A DNA stretch of 64,000 bases from Felis catus (lineage: Eukaryota): positions 79,734,001 through 79,798,000 of the forward strand of contig NC_058368.1 of assembly GCF_018350175.1 (NCBI RefSeq), written 5' to 3'. The notes under the pieces were generated by a model. It was not told where the DNA came from. It made no database searches and worked only from the letters and a program-made list of their open reading frames with translations. Positions 61,748-64,000 of this stretch are shown here, piece after piece; within the stretch, counting starts at the first letter, position 1, and each line of letters begins with the position of its first letter. The translations under genes were made by a program, and so were the position numbers.

Positions 61748-64000
61748 ACTAAGGAGGACTAGGCTGAAGAGAATGATAGGTCCATAAGATGAGCCACTAA
61801 ACAATGACAGTGCAAGAGATCTCAGAAACCCCTCCTGTGGTAAAGTGATTGGGTGAGTCAAAGACAAGTTATCATATGTCCACTCCTCCTCCTCTTCCAG
61901 AGTTGTTAGTCACAACCTGAAACCCTTTGGCTCAGCCCTCCTTTCCTAGTATAGATAATGAATTCCAACGTTTGAAGCCCATGAGATCCTCTGTTTCATA
62001 TTTTTGGTGCAAAATGAACACATCTCAGTAGAATCCGTGACAAATATGACCCCATCATAATGGCTCAGGGATGCATTTTTAAGGGATTAAATGTAGCTTT
62101 ATTTACAACATAAAGCATTCCATCTGTGTAAAGCCGAGAATTTTAAAGGGGAAGAAAGCCAATCTCATTACAATTCTCCCTCCCCTGGTCAGAACTCGTT
62201 GTCTCATTTTTTCCCAAGTGTCTTCTTGAGTTTTTTCTGTCCCATAAATAACTCTCTGTAGGGCTCGGCAGTGGATAAGAGTACTTGCACCCTCCTTTCG
62301 AAAAGGATTAAAATAAAATTTAATCCTCATTTTCATTACAGTATTCAAGTAACAGGATTTCTTCTTTTCTACTTTGATGTGTAGGAGAGCTGAATTAAGA
62401 TGACAATCGCATATACACAAATAGCGCCTGAAGGAACGTTGCGTTTCTGGATTTCCGGTGAAGCAACAGCCGGCTGCGGGTAGCCCCCAAAGGACACCAT
62501 CATGGGGCCCATCTGAAGCCTCCACTTAACAATGTTCAAGAGATTAGGTGAAGAACAAGTTAACTCTGTGTTGTTTTCCATCAGGATGATAAGAACCTCC
62601 ATTCTCCAACGGAGAATAGGAAACTTTTTTGGAAACAGTAACACTGTTTTCATTCACTCAGTACCATAATCTCATGGAAGATTAAAGAGGGTCAAAATAA
62701 GCCCAGGTGGCCCCACCTATGATGTCATTTATCTTCACAACAAACTAACGAGATAAATCTAGAAGGCTTCAGAAAAATTAAAAGACAGCTTTTATTCACA
62801 ACCAAAGATCATCCACTGTCAGCAGGATAGGCTTGGAAAATGCAAAGTAATAGGAGTAAATGTTGAAAGACATAACCAGTTGAGATAAACATTCATCTGT
62901 GAGACAATGACCTGGGGAGAAACAGCTCCAGTGCGTGGTCATGCTACAGACCTAAACGGTAACTTGTCCCATGGTCCCAGCGAATCTGACCCAAAGTAGA
63001 CTCATGTTTTTTGGCTTACTAGATGAATGAATGACTGAGGGTTTGAATTCATTTAGTAAGATAATATGTGTAAAAGTTCTGCGTAAACTATTTGAATAAC
63101 TAGCTTGTAAATTATGCTTATGCCATAATAGCTATTGTGTAGAACACTCAATGCACTTTTGTTCTGGACACTACCAAGGAAACACTGGCCTGAGATCTTC
63201 CCTAAGCAAGACCGTGACAACAGTATTCATCATCTTCCCTTCCTCTATCCTTTCCTCCATGCCAACGTTTTAGGAGCCCTTTGTATTATTTTCTCCAAAT
63301 CTCATCTTCTCGTATTGCCAAAGGACCATAAAAATTACCTCATCATCATTTAGTCCTTCCAGCGTGTTGGTCCCCTTCTCCCTGCAGACCCTTTGCCTTG
63401 CTCTCCCCTCCGCCTGGGGTGCTCCTGCCCAGATCTTTCCGTGCCTGGCTGCATCCTGTTGTAAACTTCTCTGCCTAAATGTCACTGTCTGCCAGACGCC
63501 GTCTCTGCCCAATCCTGCCCCAGCCAGCACTCACTCCCTGCACTCCCATGTCTGCCCCGGCCCCTTCTCTGCTTCGTCACCCTTGCTGGAATGTGGACTC
63601 ACCTCATTTGTCCCTGCTTCTCCCTGCTCCATAAGCTGGGGGAGGCAGCCTTTATCGGCCTGGATATCCCCAAATCCTACAAATGCTCACAATTGTTCCC
63701 CCCAATATGAATAGATCTTAAACTGCAAAGTCAGTGTTCTATCCCCTGCCTCCCCTAAAATAAGATTTTTCTGCCTGCTTCATGCCTCTGTCAGATAATA
63801 AAGGGCAGCCTGGATACAAAGCATTGTCTCATTTGGGCGCCTCAATCAAACCTTTCACCTTCCGAATGTCATATGGTCACTTACCCTCTCGTGTCCCCCG
63901 AGTGTGATGGAGAATGAAATGGGGAGATATATGCTGTAATTGAAAATGAAGTGAACATGAAAATCAGCCCAACGTGGTTTACGGGCGTCTTAGTAGAAAA

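Overview
Mammalian nuclear DNA from a carnivore, almost certainly a felid: it carries about 30 tRNA-derived CAN-SINEs of SINEC_Fc type and a carnivore L1 3' end. The window is repeat-rich and non-coding looking. It holds a disrupted L1 ORF2/3'UTR at 1-1473, many decayed L1M/L2/MIR fragments, about 11 MLT1/MLT2 solo LTRs, a TIR-complete Tigger-type element, MER3/MER5/MER20/MER58 remnants and several microsatellites. I recognise no known protein-coding gene, RNA gene or CRISPR array, and the listed ORFs are repeat-derived or look like chance ORFs. The best non-repeat signal is a possible minus-strand spliced transcription unit ending near 17.87 kb. It is supported by a splice acceptor, an ARE, an ATTAAA with a GU-rich downstream element, a candidate 9-nt microexon and a one-sided LTR orientation bias upstream. 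There are also two plus-strand promoter/enhancer-like elements at about 31.8 kb and 49.8-50.4 kb. All gene models are low-confidence hypotheses. Repeat subfamily names come from recalled consensus motifs, not from a database search, and old-repeat boundaries are approximate.
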